Shown: in pieces, positions 62,893 to 64,000 of the stretch
Layout of the letters: the number at the start of each line of letters is the position of its first letter
How positions within the stretch are numbered: the stretch's first letter is position 1
Source of the DNA: a virus
DNA length: 64,000 bases
IMG/VR virus record: IMGVR_UViG_3300036834_000211
Coordinates: 32,001-96,000 of that record
Strand: one strand, 5' to 3'
The notes under the pieces: generated by a model
The model's database searches: none
The model's input: only the letters and a program-made list of their open reading frames with translations
What the model was told of the DNA's origin: nothing
Translations under genes and position numbers: made by a program

Positions 62893-62958
62893 TATGCAAG
62901 GTATCACCCGACCTCTCAATCAAGCTGGACGGCACGCGCAGACTGACGCAGGCTTGAT
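62893..62958 (-). repeat. Dispersed intergenic element copy 5 (inverted)
   Basis: tatgcaaggta..tctcaatcaagctggacggcacgc..; ends 1 nt before the RecA-like ATG. Confidence 0.85.
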
Positions 62959-64000
62959 ATGATGGTGCGGCGCTCCTCCGCTCCTGCCGAGACCCTGTCC
63001 GATCAGGTGGCAACTAGGCTGTCCAGGGGACGGACTCGAGAGGCCATCGAGGCCGATCCCAGAGACAAGCTCGGGTATTCCACTGGGAAGGTGATCACCA
63101 CCGGCTCCACGCTCCTCGACCTGGCCATCTCTGGTGGCATCTACCCCGAGGGCGGGATCCCGCCCGGAATCATGGTTGAGATCTTCGGTCCGAGTGGATG
63201 TGGCAAGACAGTCTTGCTGTGCGAGATCGCTGGCGGTGTGGAGCGCCAGCACGGCGAGATCATGTTCCGCGATCCCGAGGGACGACTGAACAATCAGTTT
63301 GCCGCGCTGTTTGGATTTCACGTTGAGAACGCTGACTACAGTCGACCCGACACAGTTCCCGAGCTGTTCGAGCCGATCCGGAATTGGAATCCCAGAGCCA
63401 ACGGCATCAACGGAGTCTTCGCCGACAGCCTCGCTGCCTTGTCCACAAAGATGGAGATGGAGGGGGACGACAAGTATGGGACAAGGAGGGCGAAGGAGTT
63501 CTCCGAGGAGTGTCGGAAGACCTGTCGTGTACTGGCGAACCGTGGATTCCTCATGGTTTGTTCGAATCAAGTGCGGCAGAACATCGACGCTGGTCCGTTC
63601 GAGGAGAAGTACAAATCGCCCGGTGGCGAGGCAGTTGGCTTCTACGCGTCGCTGCGTCTGCGCTGTCACTCCCCGGTGAAGACCCCACGCGAGATCTCGG
63701 TGGGTGGGAAGAAGCACAAGAGGACCGTCGGGGTCCACACCAAGATCGAGGTGTACAAGAGCTCCATCTGGGAGCCATACCACACGGCTCCAGTCCACAT
63801 CCTCTACGATTACGGAATAGACGACATCCGGGCCAACTTGGAGTTTGTGAAGTCGGTGGTTGGAGGTACATTCTACATGCTCGACGAGACCTCTCGTCTC
63901 GATGCCGGGCTCGAGCGCAGTATAAAGATGGTCGAGGAGGGGGATTTGGATCTCAGGGTGAAGCGCTACACGATCCAGTTGTGGCACGAATTGGAGGAGA
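62959..64000 (+). CDS. recA: RecA/UvsX-like recombinase (runs off the window; absent from the ORF track)
   Basis: Hand translation: 'TGSTLLDLAISGG...GGIP.G..VEIFGPSGCGKT', 'DSLAAL', 'NQVR', 'PGGEA..FYASLRL'. Confidence 0.9.
   Translation, partial: MMVRRSSAPAETLSDQVATRLSRGRTREAIEADPRDKLGYSTGKVITTGSTLLDLAISGGIYPEGGIPPGIMVEIFGPSGCGKTVLLCEIAGGVERQHGEIMFRDPEGRLNNQFAALFGFHVENADYSRPDTVPELFEPIRNWNPRANGINGVFADSLAALSTKMEMEGDDKYGTRRAKEFSEECRKTCRVLANRGFLMVCSNQVRQNIDAGPFEEKYKSPGGEAVGFYASLRLRCHSPVKTPREISVGGKKHKRTVGVHTKIEVYKSSIWEPYHTAPVHILYDYGIDDIRANLEFVKSVVGGTFYMLDETSRLDAGLERSIKMVEEGDLDLRVKRYTIQLWHELEE

Noticed and set aside
8112-62958. Dispersed repeats as a CRISPR array or IS ends
   Set aside because: Copies are kilobases apart and in both orientations, with no spacer periodicity, cas genes or transposase

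Overview
This 64 kb window is part of a high-GC, tailed dsDNA phage genome with a contractile tail. The host is probably a high-GC proteobacterium, which is an inference only. 1-36.4 kb is a morphogenesis region resembling PB1/Bcep781-type phages: DUF2213 prohead protease, scaffold, decoration protein, DUF2184 major capsid protein, neck, DUF3383 sheath, tube, frameshifted tail chaperone, tape measure, baseplate and fibres. It is unusually interleaved with about 8 Cys-containing fibre/adhesin-like or coiled-coil proteins that carry apparent Sec signal peptides. 36.4-38.1 kb is a leftward block with a sigma-factor-like gene. 38.2-64 kb is rightward and holds amidoligase/GGCT, primase, dCTP deaminase and a DnaB-like helicase, then a 7-deazaguanine DNA-modification cluster (folE, SDR, radical SAM, queC, PIG-L deacetylase, glycosyltransferase, DpdA/TGT-like). 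It continues with a beta clamp, a split UDG-exonuclease/PolA, a clamp loader, UvsY-like, SSB and RecA-like genes. The best candidates for new biology are (i) a possible amino-sugar-decorated 7-deazaguanine pathway, (ii) exported virion appendage proteins, (iii) a ~520-nt densely structured non-coding region, (iv) a switch-like RNA over the folE ribosome-binding site, and (v) a five-copy dispersed intergenic element. I saw no tRNA, CRISPR array, integrase, terminase/portal or clear endolysin. All assignments come from reading motifs by eye; no searches were run.
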